Origin: Candidatus Micrarchaeota archaeon
GTDB lineage: Archaea; Micrarchaeota; Micrarchaeia; Micrarchaeales; CABMGC01
DNA: 43,288 bases
Reading direction: 5' to 3'
NCBI GenBank assembly: GCA_028867115.1
Contig: JAGWGY010000003.1
Coordinates: 1 to 43,288, forward strand
Shown here: piece after piece, positions 17,795-26,608 of the stretch
How positions within the stretch are numbered: the stretch's first letter is position 1
Layout of the letters: every line of letters begins with the position of its first letter
Notes under the pieces: generated by a model
The model's input: only the letters and a program-made list of their open reading frames with translations
Databases searched by the model: none
What the model was told of the DNA's origin: nothing
Made by a program: the position numbers and the translations under genes

Positions 17795-18403
17795 ATGGAC
17801 TTCTGGGATGCTCTAATCAATCAAAAGATGTCAAGGGAATTCGGAACGAAGCCGATAGTCTTCAGCTCGAAGACTTCTGTGATTGCAGCAAACCGCCCGA
17901 ACACCTCGCTCTACATGGTAGCGGACAAATCGGTAGAGCTTTCGCCATCGCAGGCGACATTCCGCAAATTTGGCCCTCTCGTCGCAAGATACATAATTGC
18001 AAGGGAGATCAGCTTTGATGCCCTTATCAGCATATACGATGTGAACTCAGAATCGTGCATCGCGCTGCGGCCCACGGCGCAGCTCGGCAAGCAGGAGGTT
18101 TCAATGCTGAGGAATTTCATCTCGAGGATAAAGAGGCCGAACCTTGAGATGCGCGCAATAGGCATGCAGAACGGCAATGTGGAGCTCGTGAGCGCGATAG
18201 AGCAGGTGCGGGAGATATCAAAATCAGACCTGATAGAAGTGGACCTGTTTGGGAACGCAAAGAGGCACATTGCGCTTGACCTGAAGACCGGGATGGGGTA
18301 CGACCTGCTCCTGCTCGATAGGATCTACAAGCCGGGGGAGCTTGCAAACGACGTAACTTCGGATGCGTACAAGACGAAGGCATCAAAGCTTAACTTCGTA
18401 TAG
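17795..18403 (+). CDS. Hypothetical protein, possible degenerate CheD-like fold
   Basis: LISIYD...RPNLEMRAIG...DLFGNAKRHIALDLKTG resemble CheD motifs. Confidence 0.55.
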   Translation: MDFWDALINQKMSREFGTKPIVFSSKTSVIAANRPNTSLYMVADKSVELSPSQATFRKFGPLVARYIIAREISFDALISIYDVNSESCIALRPTAQLGKQEVSMLRNFISRIKRPNLEMRAIGMQNGNVELVSAIEQVREISKSDLIEVDLFGNAKRHIALDLKTGMGYDLLLLDRIYKPGELANDVTSDAYKTKASKLNFV

Positions 18404-18922
18404 GTCCCGGTATACCGGCCCATCCTCTGTTAGTTCGCTCGCCTTGAGCTTCACTGAGGTAGCCTCGAATGACCCGAACCCCTCATTGCTGTATTCGTCG
18501 ATAAGGGAGAGCACCCTTCGCTTGTCCTTTAGCCTCTTCACCCTTGCTATCGTGACATGCGGGGTATAGTCGCGCTGCTCAAGCTGGAATCCGCGGCTGG
18601 ACATCGATGTTGAGAGCTGGTTGTAGATGCTTTCGCACTCCTCCCTGCCTGCTGCGACCTTTGCGAACACCACCTTGAGGTAATCCGGGGTGAAGACGCC
18701 GAGCTCCTTTATCTCTATCTTAAACTGCTTTGCGCGCAGCTCGCCCATCGCCTCCTTTATCTTCTCTATCTCCTCATCGCTGCGCTCCCCAAGGAAGTGC
18801 AGAGAAATGTGCAGCACGTCGCGCTGCACTATCACTATGCCGCTTGCCGAGAACTGCTCCGACACGTCCGCTATCCTTGATTTTATCTCGTCTGGGAGGT
18901 CTATTGCGATGAATGTGCGCAT
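18383..18922 (-). CDS. thpR: RNA 2',3'-cyclic phosphodiesterase (2H family, LigT/ThpR)
   Basis: MRTFIAIDL, HISLHFLG and PHVTIAR 2H motifs. Confidence 0.94.
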   Translation of the reverse strand: MRTFIAIDLPDEIKSRIADVSEQFSASGIVIVQRDVLHISLHFLGERSDEEIEKIKEAMGELRAKQFKIEIKELGVFTPDYLKVVFAKVAAGREECESIYNQLSTSMSSRGFQLEQRDYTPHVTIARVKRLKDKRRVLSLIDEYSNEGFGSFEATSVKLKASELTEDGPVYRDLYEVKL

Positions 18923-18971
18923 GAATACCATTAAAAATTAGTTGCATGTATTAATAGATTATACTGGTGGT

Positions 18972-19301
18972 TTGCTGGCTTCTCTTGATAATTTTAGTGA
19001 ACTTGACCTCAGGGTTGCAAGGATAATAGGGGTCGAGGAGCATGAGAAGGCGCGCAAGCCTATGTACAAGATAACGCTTGACATAGGCGAACTTGGGCAG
19101 AGGACTGTTGTCGCTGGGATAAAGAGCTACTACGAGAGGGAATCGCTGATCGGCAAGTCGGTCATATGCGTTGCAGGGCTTGAGCCAAAGCAGATCGCAG
19201 GCGTCGAGTCGCACGGGATGATACTTGCGGCAGAGGATGAGAATGGTGTTGCGCTCCTCACAATAGATAGGGAGGTTAAACCAGGGAGCGCGGTGAGATA
19301 A
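18972..19301 (+). CDS. Stand-alone tRNA-binding OB protein (Trbp111/CsaA/MetRS C-terminal-like)
   Basis: FSELDLRVARI, RTVVAGIK, GVESHGMILAA; start uncertain (TTG 18972 or CTG 18975). Confidence 0.9.
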   Translation: MLASLDNFSELDLRVARIIGVEEHEKARKPMYKITLDIGELGQRTVVAGIKSYYERESLIGKSVICVAGLEPKQIAGVESHGMILAAEDENGVALLTIDREVKPGSAVR

Positions 19302-19900
19302 TGGGTTTTGTTATCTGCGTCACTGGCCTGCCAGGATCTGGAAAGAGCACTGTTGCAAGCATTCTGCGCAGGAAGGGATTTGCAATAGTCGAGATGGGAG
19401 GGATAGTAAAGGAGATGATGGTTGCATCAAGGCTCGACACAAGCGGCAGCAAGATAAGGGACTACTCCACAAAGATGAGGACAAGGCACGGCGGAGCGGT
19501 GTTTGCAAAGTACGCATCGCAGAAAGCGTTGGATTACATAAAACGCGGAAAGAACGCCGCGATTGTAGGGCTGCGAAACACTTACGAGATAGAGTTCATA
19601 AGAAAGAAGCTTGGTAGGGGCGCAGTCGTCCTGCTGGTAGGGGTTTTTGCGCCAAAGAGCCTCAGATTCAAGCGTCTGATGGAGCGTGGGAGGGGCGACG
19701 ATTCGAATTTGAGGGCAAAGATGGAGGAGAGGGACAGGCAGGAGAGGAACGGATACCTTGCAGGCGGTAAGGGAAAGAGAAGGGGCACAGAGGCATTGCT
19801 GCAGTCATCAGACTACCTGCTATTCAACACCAACAGCAAGATGCAGCTCTACAAGGACGCAAACCTGCTCATCTCAAAGATAAAGGGATCCAAGGCGTAA
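19301..19900 (+). CDS. P-loop nucleotide kinase, archaeal dephospho-CoA kinase-like family
   Basis: VTGLPGSGKST, RFKRLMERGRGDD. Confidence 0.8.
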   Translation: MGFVICVTGLPGSGKSTVASILRRKGFAIVEMGGIVKEMMVASRLDTSGSKIRDYSTKMRTRHGGAVFAKYASQKALDYIKRGKNAAIVGLRNTYEIEFIRKKLGRGAVVLLVGVFAPKSLRFKRLMERGRGDDSNLRAKMEERDRQERNGYLAGGKGKRRGTEALLQSSDYLLFNTNSKMQLYKDANLLISKIKGSKA

Positions 19901-19956
19901 TGCCAGCGGCATACCCTATTAATTTTTAAGTTTAAGTCGCAATTGTTATTCTGGTT

Positions 19957-20790
19957 TTGATGAAAGTTCGCGCTTTTCTTGCAGTGCTTCTCGGGTTGGC
20001 AATGATTGCATCGGTTGTAAACGCAACCTACGTGCAGGTCATAGGCCCGGTGAATAGTACCCTGCAACAGAATGGCACGACCTATCTCGGGAAGGTCGGG
20101 CCAGGGGAGAGCTTCTACGTTCTTGCATCTGCTGCTACAACCAATGCAAGCGGGGTCCCGGTAAATATAGGGTGGGATACCTTCGAGGCGGTGCAGCTTC
20201 CGCAGGGATGGTCGGCGCAGGCCACGCCACTTTATGAGAATCCGATGAAGCTGAAAATAACAACGGCGCCTAATACGCCAAACGGCTCGTACAAGCTCGT
20301 GCTCAGGGCGGTCAACATAGGCAACTATTCAAAGCTCGGAAACCTCACATTCATAGCATTCATCAATGTGACGACAGACGTGTTCAATCTGGTTGTAACG
20401 CCAACCCAGCTCCAGGTAGGCCCGGGGCAGCCGTACAGCCTGCACGTGATGATCAACAACACAGGAGCATCCGACGACCCGTTCCTGATAAACGCGCAGG
20501 GGCTCCCTGCATGGAACTCTTCGGATGAGGTGATTGCGCTCCACTCAACAAGCAGCAGCTTCAGCTATCCGGTCATTGTAAATGAGCCTGGTGTGTATCC
20601 GTTCAACCTCACTGTTGCATCTGCAACAAGCCCGCTGATAAGCAAGTCGTATAGGATAAACATGGTGGTGAAGGCAAGCGTGCTCAACGACTATGCGGCG
20701 ATAGGCCAGGGCGTTCCCCTCTCGCCTATAATATACGAGCCGATGTACGCAATCATGCTGCTCCTGCACTACATCTTCACCTCGCTCTGA
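19957..20790 (+). CDS. Secreted/membrane-anchored beta-rich (Ig-like) surface protein
   Basis: Signal peptide, many N-x-S/T sequons, C-terminal hydrophobic stretch. Confidence 0.7.
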   Translation: MMKVRAFLAVLLGLAMIASVVNATYVQVIGPVNSTLQQNGTTYLGKVGPGESFYVLASAATTNASGVPVNIGWDTFEAVQLPQGWSAQATPLYENPMKLKITTAPNTPNGSYKLVLRAVNIGNYSKLGNLTFIAFINVTTDVFNLVVTPTQLQVGPGQPYSLHVMINNTGASDDPFLINAQGLPAWNSSDEVIALHSTSSSFSYPVIVNEPGVYPFNLTVASATSPLISKSYRINMVVKASVLNDYAAIGQGVPLSPIIYEPMYAIMLLLHYIFTSL

Positions 20791-20802
20791 TCGGTGAGCA
20801 AT

Positions 20803-21486
20803 ATGCCAAAGGAGAGCAAGAAAGGGGGCAAACAATTACTCTACATCGAGGCCTCGACGCTTGAGGACATAGTCAGGTTCGCGACAAGGTTCGACTCGTC
20901 TGCAAAGGAGCTGATCACCGCAAAGTTCGGCAAGAAGCACAGGATAATCGCGCTTGCGGAGGGCATTGATGATGTTGTAATCGCACTCTACAAGGACATC
21001 GATGTAGATGCGGATACGATAAGATACGAGTACACTTCGGGCGCAAGCAGGGCGCAGTTCGTGTCTGGCGTCGAGCAGAGGCAGCCGGGAGTCGCGTTTG
21101 TCAACCTTGTGGAGATAGAGATATCCAAATTCAGGGAGGCAAAGCCGAGCGCCGTTAAGGGCGTTGATTGTGTGCGAGTGAAGGGAGAGGGATCGCTTAT
21201 CAAGGGCCTCATCAAGAAGTCGGTCATAAGGGAGACCATAGAGTACGCCTATGCGTTCCCATACAAAGGGAAGACAATAATCGGGGCGTTCGACCTCATA
21301 GAGGAGCTATCAGGAGAGCGGAAAACCTTTTATTATTCAACTTCCAATTCAAAAGCGAAGGCTGACTTTGCAAGGTACAACTACACCACAGACAAGCTTG
21401 ATTTCTCCGACGAGTTCGGGGAACATTCTTATATGTACGTGAAAATAATTAACCTTGCAAAGCCGTTCCCGTTCTTCAAGGAATGA
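20803..21486 (+). CDS. Hypothetical protein, paralog of 24396-25079
   Basis: Shared pattern and C-terminus IINLAKPFPFF. Confidence 0.75.
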   Translation: MPKESKKGGKQLLYIEASTLEDIVRFATRFDSSAKELITAKFGKKHRIIALAEGIDDVVIALYKDIDVDADTIRYEYTSGASRAQFVSGVEQRQPGVAFVNLVEIEISKFREAKPSAVKGVDCVRVKGEGSLIKGLIKKSVIRETIEYAYAFPYKGKTIIGAFDLIEELSGERKTFYYSTSNSKAKADFARYNYTTDKLDFSDEFGEHSYMYVKIINLAKPFPFFKE

Positions 21487-21489
21487 AAT

Positions 21490-21561
21490 GCCCTAATAGC
21501 TCAGTGGTAGAGCGACTGGCTGTTAACCAGTAGGTCGCAGGTTCGATCCCTGCTTAGGGCG
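21490..21561 (+). tRNA. tRNA-Asn(GTT)
   Basis: GCCCTAA/TTAGGGC acceptor, ACTGG-CTGTTAA-CCAGT, GCAGG-TTCGATC-CCTGC. Confidence 0.96.
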
Positions 21562-21637
21562 TGGTTTTTACTACGACAAAATGATTGCTCGTATGAAACT
21601 TTTTGAAACTTCTGATTATGATATCATAAGTGATTAC

Positions 21638-22063
21638 GTGGATAAGGGTACCGCAAAGAAAAAGGCAAAGGGATTAACCAGGGAGGAGATAGCTGCGATG
21701 AAGGAGTACCTTCAGGAGAAGAATTCAAAGGTGGATGGTACAGTGGCTGTACTTGCCGCAATCGCAAAAATGAAGGAGCCCGATCGCTCTATGGCAAAGA
21801 AGGTCCATGAAATCATAACTTCCAGCGCCCCGGAACTTTCCCCCAGGACATGGTATGGGATGCCAGCATATACAAGGGGGGATAAGGTCATCTGCTTCTT
21901 CCAGAATGCAGGCAAGTTTAAGGCAAGGTATTCTACAATCGGTTTCACCGACAAGGCAAATCTGGACGAGGGCAAAATGTGGCCGACGACATTTGCACTG
22001 TCCGAATTGACCAATGCAGAAGAGGCAAAAATACGCGCCCTGATAAAGAAGGCAATAGGCTGA
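21638..22063 (+). CDS. DUF1801 (YdhG-like) protein
   Basis: [36 protein letters not shown]; GTG start after GTGA. Confidence 0.85.
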   Translation: MDKGTAKKKAKGLTREEIAAMKEYLQEKNSKVDGTVAVLAAIAKMKEPDRSMAKKVHEIITSSAPELSPRTWYGMPAYTRGDKVICFFQNAGKFKARYSTIGFTDKANLDEGKMWPTTFALSELTNAEEAKIRALIKKAIG

Positions 22064-22068
22064 GCCGC

Positions 22069-22515
22069 TCAAACTATTCTCAGTATCTCCCTTAAAGAGT
22101 CCACCGTGTATGTGGGATTGCCCTCGCCGTTCGGAAGCTCGCCTGCATACTTCCCCTTCCTTATCCAGATCGTTTGGCAGCCGTTCTCGATCCCCCATCT
22201 GAGGCGTTTTATCCGGTCATCCACTATCATGACCTCCCGCGCTTCGAGATCGAGGTTCCCGATAGCGTTCCTAAAAAGCGTGTCCTTATCGGAAGGGTGG
22301 AAGAGAGCAAACCGAAAACTCTTGCGCAGGTCGTAGTTTTTGAGCTTCTCGAACCTATCCTCTATGTCGCCGTCAACTGAGAGCGAGACGATTGCAAGCT
22401 CGTATTTTTTCGCGCATGACTCGACCACCTCCTTCGTTTCTGGGAAGAGCCTTCCGTTCTCCTTGTCGTAGAGGGTTCTGCCCCAGTCGAATATTATCGC
22501 CTTTGCCCTGGACAT
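22069..22515 (-). CDS. HAD-like hydrolase
   Basis: IIFDWGRTL motif I, LAIVS, MIVDD. Confidence 0.8.
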   Translation of the reverse strand: MSRAKAIIFDWGRTLYDKENGRLFPETKEVVESCAKKYELAIVSLSVDGDIEDRFEKLKNYDLRKSFRFALFHPSDKDTLFRNAIGNLDLEAREVMIVDDRIKRLRWGIENGCQTIWIRKGKYAGELPNGEGNPTYTVDSLREILRIV

Positions 22516-22530
22516 GCGCCTCCCTCAAAC

Positions 22531-22560
22531 CATTATAAATCTGTATGTCATTTTATAATG
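22531..22560. promoter_or_regulatory. Inverted pair of TATA boxes (CATTATAAA...TTTATAATG) for the divergent HAD and pyk genes
   Basis: 9-bp inverted repeat at 22531-22539 and 22552-22560. Confidence 0.5.
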
Positions 22561-22645
22561 TTCTTGTAGAAGTGTGTACCTGCTTGGGCGATGTTTACTT
22601 CTGCTTCCAAGCGGGCGATAGGATACCGGAAACTGAGGACTAATC

Positions 22646-24001
22646 ATGATAAGGACAAAGATAATCGTCACCTACGGCCCTAGCATAAGCGCTCCGCCTG
22701 TTCTGAGGAGGGTGATCAAGCACGCGGACATCATAAGGATAAACTTCTCGCACGGAAACAAGGCGGAATGGATTGATGCGGTCAAGAGGATCAGGCAGAC
22801 CTCCAAGGAGATGGGCAAGGATGTTGCCTTGTTTGCGGACCTTCCTGGGCCGAAGGTGAGGGTCGAAGGGATAACGGCGCCCATTCAGCTCAAAAGGGGG
22901 GACGAGGTAAGATTCGGAAAGGGGGGAATAAGACTCTCTTATGGATCCTTCCACAAGGATGCGAGGAAGGGCGCGGTCATCGAGATAGGGGACGGGTCCG
23001 CCAGGCTGCATGTCAAGGAGGTACGAGGCAGCACCGTAGTTTCCAGGGCGCTTGAGGAGGGAGTAATCTCGAACCGAAAAGGAGTAACGCTTCTTGGGCT
23101 GAGCATGGACCTGAGGGCACCGACAGAGACGGACCTTGAGCTTGCGAAATTCGCATCTATGCTCGGGTTTGACTTTGTGGGAATATCTTTTGTAAGATCT
23201 GCAAGGGACATAAGGGAACTGAGGAAGGCAAGCGGTAACGCGTGGATAATAGCGAAGATAGAGCAGAGGGAGGCTGTTCGCAACATAGATGAGATAGCGC
23301 GCGCTGCCGATGCGGTGATGGTTGCAAGGGGCGACCTTGCGGAGCAGGTTAGCCTGGAGCATATACCCGACGTGCAGCGCACGATAATCGGTGCGGCGCG
23401 CGATGCAGGGAAGCCCGTCATAGTTGCGACGCAGCTGCTCACAAGCATGATAAACAACCCGATGCCCACAAGGGCAGAGGTGAACGACATTGCAAGCGCT
23501 GTAAGGGAGGGGGCTGACTGCCTGATGCTCAGCGACGAGACGATAATAGGGAAGTACCCGGAGGCTGCGGTCAACTTCCTTGCAAGGGCGGCCAGGGTGG
23601 CGGAAGTCTCGATGCTGACGAACCCCGCAAACAGGCCGCAGAGCGTGAAGAGGCTCAGCGAGGGAATCGCGCTTGCTGCTGCAGACCTTGCCGACAACTA
23701 CAGGGCTGACTGCATATTCATACCAACTAAGGGAGGGACAACCGCGAAGATGGTATCAAGGCTGCGGCCGAAGACGGAGACAATCGCGCTGGTTATGGAT
23801 GGGAGGGTGCACAAACTGCTGAGCGTCTATTACGGGATAAGGTGCATGCCAATGAGCAGGTACCACAGCGTGGACGAGATGCTTGCGCTAGTGGCAAAGA
23901 TAGCAAAACAAAACAGGATAAGAAAATACATAGTGGTGTCAGGATCCCCGAACAAGCCGGGAAGCACAGACACCCTCAAATACATAGGGGACAGCACCTG
24001 A
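22646..24001 (+). CDS. pyk: Pyruvate kinase
   Basis: RTKIIVTYGPS, RINFSHG, DLPGPKVR, AKIE, MVARGDL, PTRAEVNDI. Confidence 0.97.
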   Translation: MIRTKIIVTYGPSISAPPVLRRVIKHADIIRINFSHGNKAEWIDAVKRIRQTSKEMGKDVALFADLPGPKVRVEGITAPIQLKRGDEVRFGKGGIRLSYGSFHKDARKGAVIEIGDGSARLHVKEVRGSTVVSRALEEGVISNRKGVTLLGLSMDLRAPTETDLELAKFASMLGFDFVGISFVRSARDIRELRKASGNAWIIAKIEQREAVRNIDEIARAADAVMVARGDLAEQVSLEHIPDVQRTIIGAARDAGKPVIVATQLLTSMINNPMPTRAEVNDIASAVREGADCLMLSDETIIGKYPEAAVNFLARAARVAEVSMLTNPANRPQSVKRLSEGIALAAADLADNYRADCIFIPTKGGTTAKMVSRLRPKTETIALVMDGRVHKLLSVYYGIRCMPMSRYHSVDEMLALVAKIAKQNRIRKYIVVSGSPNKPGSTDTLKYIGDST

Positions 24002-24024
24002 AGAGGGCAGGGCCCTCCCTTGGC

Positions 24025-24165
24025 TTACTTCCCGCCGATCTTGAACATCTTTGTTCCACACACTCCGCACGTGCCGGTCATCGCGTTCTTTCCGTTCTTC
24101 ATAGTGACCTGCTTTGCGTCCTTCATCTCTCTCTTCGCCTTGCACTTTACACAATACGCTTCCAT
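24025..24165 (-). CDS. Small basic zinc-ribbon protein (DUF5679-like)
   Basis: MEAYCVKCKAKREMKD...MKNGK.A..GTCGVCGTKMFKIGGK, 46 aa. Confidence 0.85.
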   Translation of the reverse strand: MEAYCVKCKAKREMKDAKQVTMKNGKNAMTGTCGVCGTKMFKIGGK

Positions 24166-24308
24166 AACATCGCCAATCCTATATTGCTTCGCAGTATAAA
24201 AAGGTAAGTGTAGGGTGCTAGGGGCTTTTAATAGGCGCGGATTGGAGGGCCACCTCTGCTTTCCAGCCCGCAAAAGGATAAATACATTATAACACAATCA
24301 ATCATTGT

Positions 24309-24383
24309 GGGCCTGTAACTCAGCTTGGCCAGAGTGAGAGGCTTTTAACCTCCAAGTCGGGGGTTCAAATCCCTCCAGGCCCA
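24309..24383 (+). tRNA. tRNA-Lys(TTT)
   Basis: GGGCCTG/CAGGCCC acceptor, GAGG-CTTTTAA-CCTC, GGGGG-TTCAAAT-CCCTC. Confidence 0.95.
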
Positions 24384-24395
24384 CTTTGTGATAAA

Positions 24396-25079
24396 ATGGC
24401 TGAAAGCGACAAAGAGAGGGACAAGGAGCTGTTCGCATACATGGTAAGGGTAGCCTCGCTATCGGACCTTGCGAGGTGCACTTTCACGATAGGCATGCCG
24501 CCGAAGCAGGTGTTTGCGTGCAATGAGGGAAAAAATTACAGGCTGTTCGTCTTCGGGGAGAGGTTCGAGGACGCGACAATAGTCTACTATTTTGACAGCC
24601 CTAAGAGGGGAAGGTACATAAGGTACTGCGCAAAGGACGACGGCGGCAGAGAGAGCTGCGAGATGAGGGATGAGATAGGCGAGGAGGAGAGGCGCAACTA
24701 CAAGATACAGAAGATGGCGATACTGGAGCTGTCAGGTCTGCCGTTTGAAGTGGTAAAGGAGTACAAGGGGAAGGCGAGGTCGATGAGGGTAGCCGGCCTC
24801 AAGCAGCTGATGATCAGCTACCTCAGCTACGTTCATGGCGGGGAGGGGGTCCTCAGGACTTACAGGTTCAGGTCGGGATCAAAGAGCATGGTCGCGATAC
24901 CATCGTTCATAAAGAACGCGCTCGCATACGCAGAATACGATCTCGACAATGGCTCGCACTTCATCAGCTATGACTACAACACGGATGGCCTCAAGGAGAG
25001 CGAAGCGATGCCGGACGAGAGGGCTGCAGTGTGCATAATAGACATCGCGGAACCCTTCCCTTTCTTTAGGCCTGCATGA
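24396..25079 (+). CDS. Hypothetical protein, paralog of 20803-21486
   Basis: VASLSDLAR, C-terminus IIDIAEPFPFF. Confidence 0.75.
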   Translation: MAESDKERDKELFAYMVRVASLSDLARCTFTIGMPPKQVFACNEGKNYRLFVFGERFEDATIVYYFDSPKRGRYIRYCAKDDGGRESCEMRDEIGEEERRNYKIQKMAILELSGLPFEVVKEYKGKARSMRVAGLKQLMISYLSYVHGGEGVLRTYRFRSGSKSMVAIPSFIKNALAYAEYDLDNGSHFISYDYNTDGLKESEAMPDERAAVCIIDIAEPFPFFRPA

Positions 25080-25159
25080 TGCTGCGACGGAGCTGCGGGA
25101 TAAAAATCCTTTTATAGGTATATCGCATAGAATTAACATCTCGATTTTCTGGTGCGATA

Positions 25160-26608
25160 GTGGCCGACAAGACAAAGCTTGAGAAGATGAAAAAGCTCAG
25201 GCAGCTAAAGATTGACCCTTATCCGTACACATACGACCAGACACACCATGCAGATGAGATAGTCGTGAATTTCCCAAAGCTTGACGGCAGGGATGTAAGC
25301 GTCGCAGGCAGGATCGTAGGGAGGCGCGAGATGGGAAAGCTCTCTTTCCTTGACCTTCTTGACGGCTCCGGCAAGATACAGCTTCTTGTCAAGGGCGACG
25401 AGCTTGGGAAAAAATCTGCTGAGGTCTTCGGGCTGCTTGATGTGGGTGACATAATAGGCGCTAAGGGCAAGGTCATGAAGACCCAGCGCGGCGCGATAAG
25501 CATCGAGGCCTCGGATATCGAGATGCTCGCGAAATCGCTCCGCTTCCTCCCCGAGAAGTTCCATGGGCTCACCGACATTGAGATCAGGTACAGGAAGAGA
25601 TACCTTGACATGATCACAAACCTCGATTCCAGAAAGGCGTTTGTTGTGAGGGGGAGGGTGATAGGGTACATACGCAGCTTCCTTGACAGGCGCGGCTACC
25701 TTGAGGTGGAGACTCCGGTCCTGCAACCCCTCTATGGGGGAGCTGCGGCAAAGCCTTTTGTCACGCACCACAACTACCTCGATTCCGACCTCTACCTCAG
25801 GATATCGCTAGAACTCTACCTGAAGAGGCTGATAATCGGCGGGATTGAGAAGGTGTATGAGCTCTCGAAGAACTTCCGAAACGAGGCTGTGGATGCAAAC
25901 CACAACCCGGAGTTCACGATGCTCGAGTTCTACGAGGCGTATGCTGATTACAACGTCTTCATGAAGATGACAGAGGAGATGCTCAGCGGGATGGTTAAGG
26001 AACTGAAGGGGGCCCACCAAATTGAGTATCAGGGCAGAAAGATAGACTTCAAGCCGCCCTTCAAGAGGATATACCTTGTGGATGAGATAAAGAGGCACTC
26101 TGGCATAGACATATCGGAGATGGACGACAAGGCTGCGGAGAAGATAGCAAAGAAGGAGGAGCTTGACATACCAACCAAGAACGCCTACCATGTTGCTGAC
26201 GCCCTCTTTGACAAGTACGTGCAGCCAAACCTCACAGACCCGACGTTTGTCCTTGATTTTCCGGCCTACATGTGCCCGCTCACAAAGGACAAGCGCGGCA
26301 ACCCGAAGCTAAGCGAGAGATTTGAGCTGTTCATCGCAGGCAAGGAGATCGCGAACTGTTTCTCTGAGCTGACCGACCCGGTAGAGCAGAGGGGCAAATT
26401 CGAGGAGCAGGATGCGGAGAGGAAGAAGGGCGATGCGGAGGCGCCGCCGAAGGACGAGGACTTCCTTGAGGCGATTGAATACGGCATGCCGCCAACCGCA
26501 GGCCTCGGCCTTGGAGTAGATAGGCTAGTTATGCTTGTCGCTGACACGCCGTCGATAAAGGACACCATACTTTTCCCCACGGTAAAGCCGGAAGGCAGAA
26601 GGGATTAG
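25160..26608 (+). CDS. lysS: Lysine--tRNA ligase, class II
   Basis: OB-fold VAGRI, RYRKRYLD, FRNE, HNPEFTMLE, YGMPPTAGLGLGVDRL. Confidence 0.97.
   Translation: MADKTKLEKMKKLRQLKIDPYPYTYDQTHHADEIVVNFPKLDGRDVSVAGRIVGRREMGKLSFLDLLDGSGKIQLLVKGDELGKKSAEVFGLLDVGDIIGAKGKVMKTQRGAISIEASDIEMLAKSLRFLPEKFHGLTDIEIRYRKRYLDMITNLDSRKAFVVRGRVIGYIRSFLDRRGYLEVETPVLQPLYGGAAAKPFVTHHNYLDSDLYLRISLELYLKRLIIGGIEKVYELSKNFRNEAVDANHNPEFTMLEFYEAYADYNVFMKMTEEMLSGMVKELKGAHQIEYQGRKIDFKPPFKRIYLVDEIKRHSGIDISEMDDKAAEKIAKKEELDIPTKNAYHVADALFDKYVQPNLTDPTFVLDFPAYMCPLTKDKRGNPKLSERFELFIAGKEIANCFSELTDPVEQRGKFEEQDAERKKGDAEAPPKDEDFLEAIEYGMPPTAGLGLGVDRLVMLVADTPSIKDTILFPTVKPEGRRD

Noticed and set aside
25121-25159. TATCGCA...TGCGATA inverted repeat that could hide the lysS SD
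   Set aside because: The likely TATA at ~25111 places the 5' arm upstream of the transcript start; short arms with a long spacer
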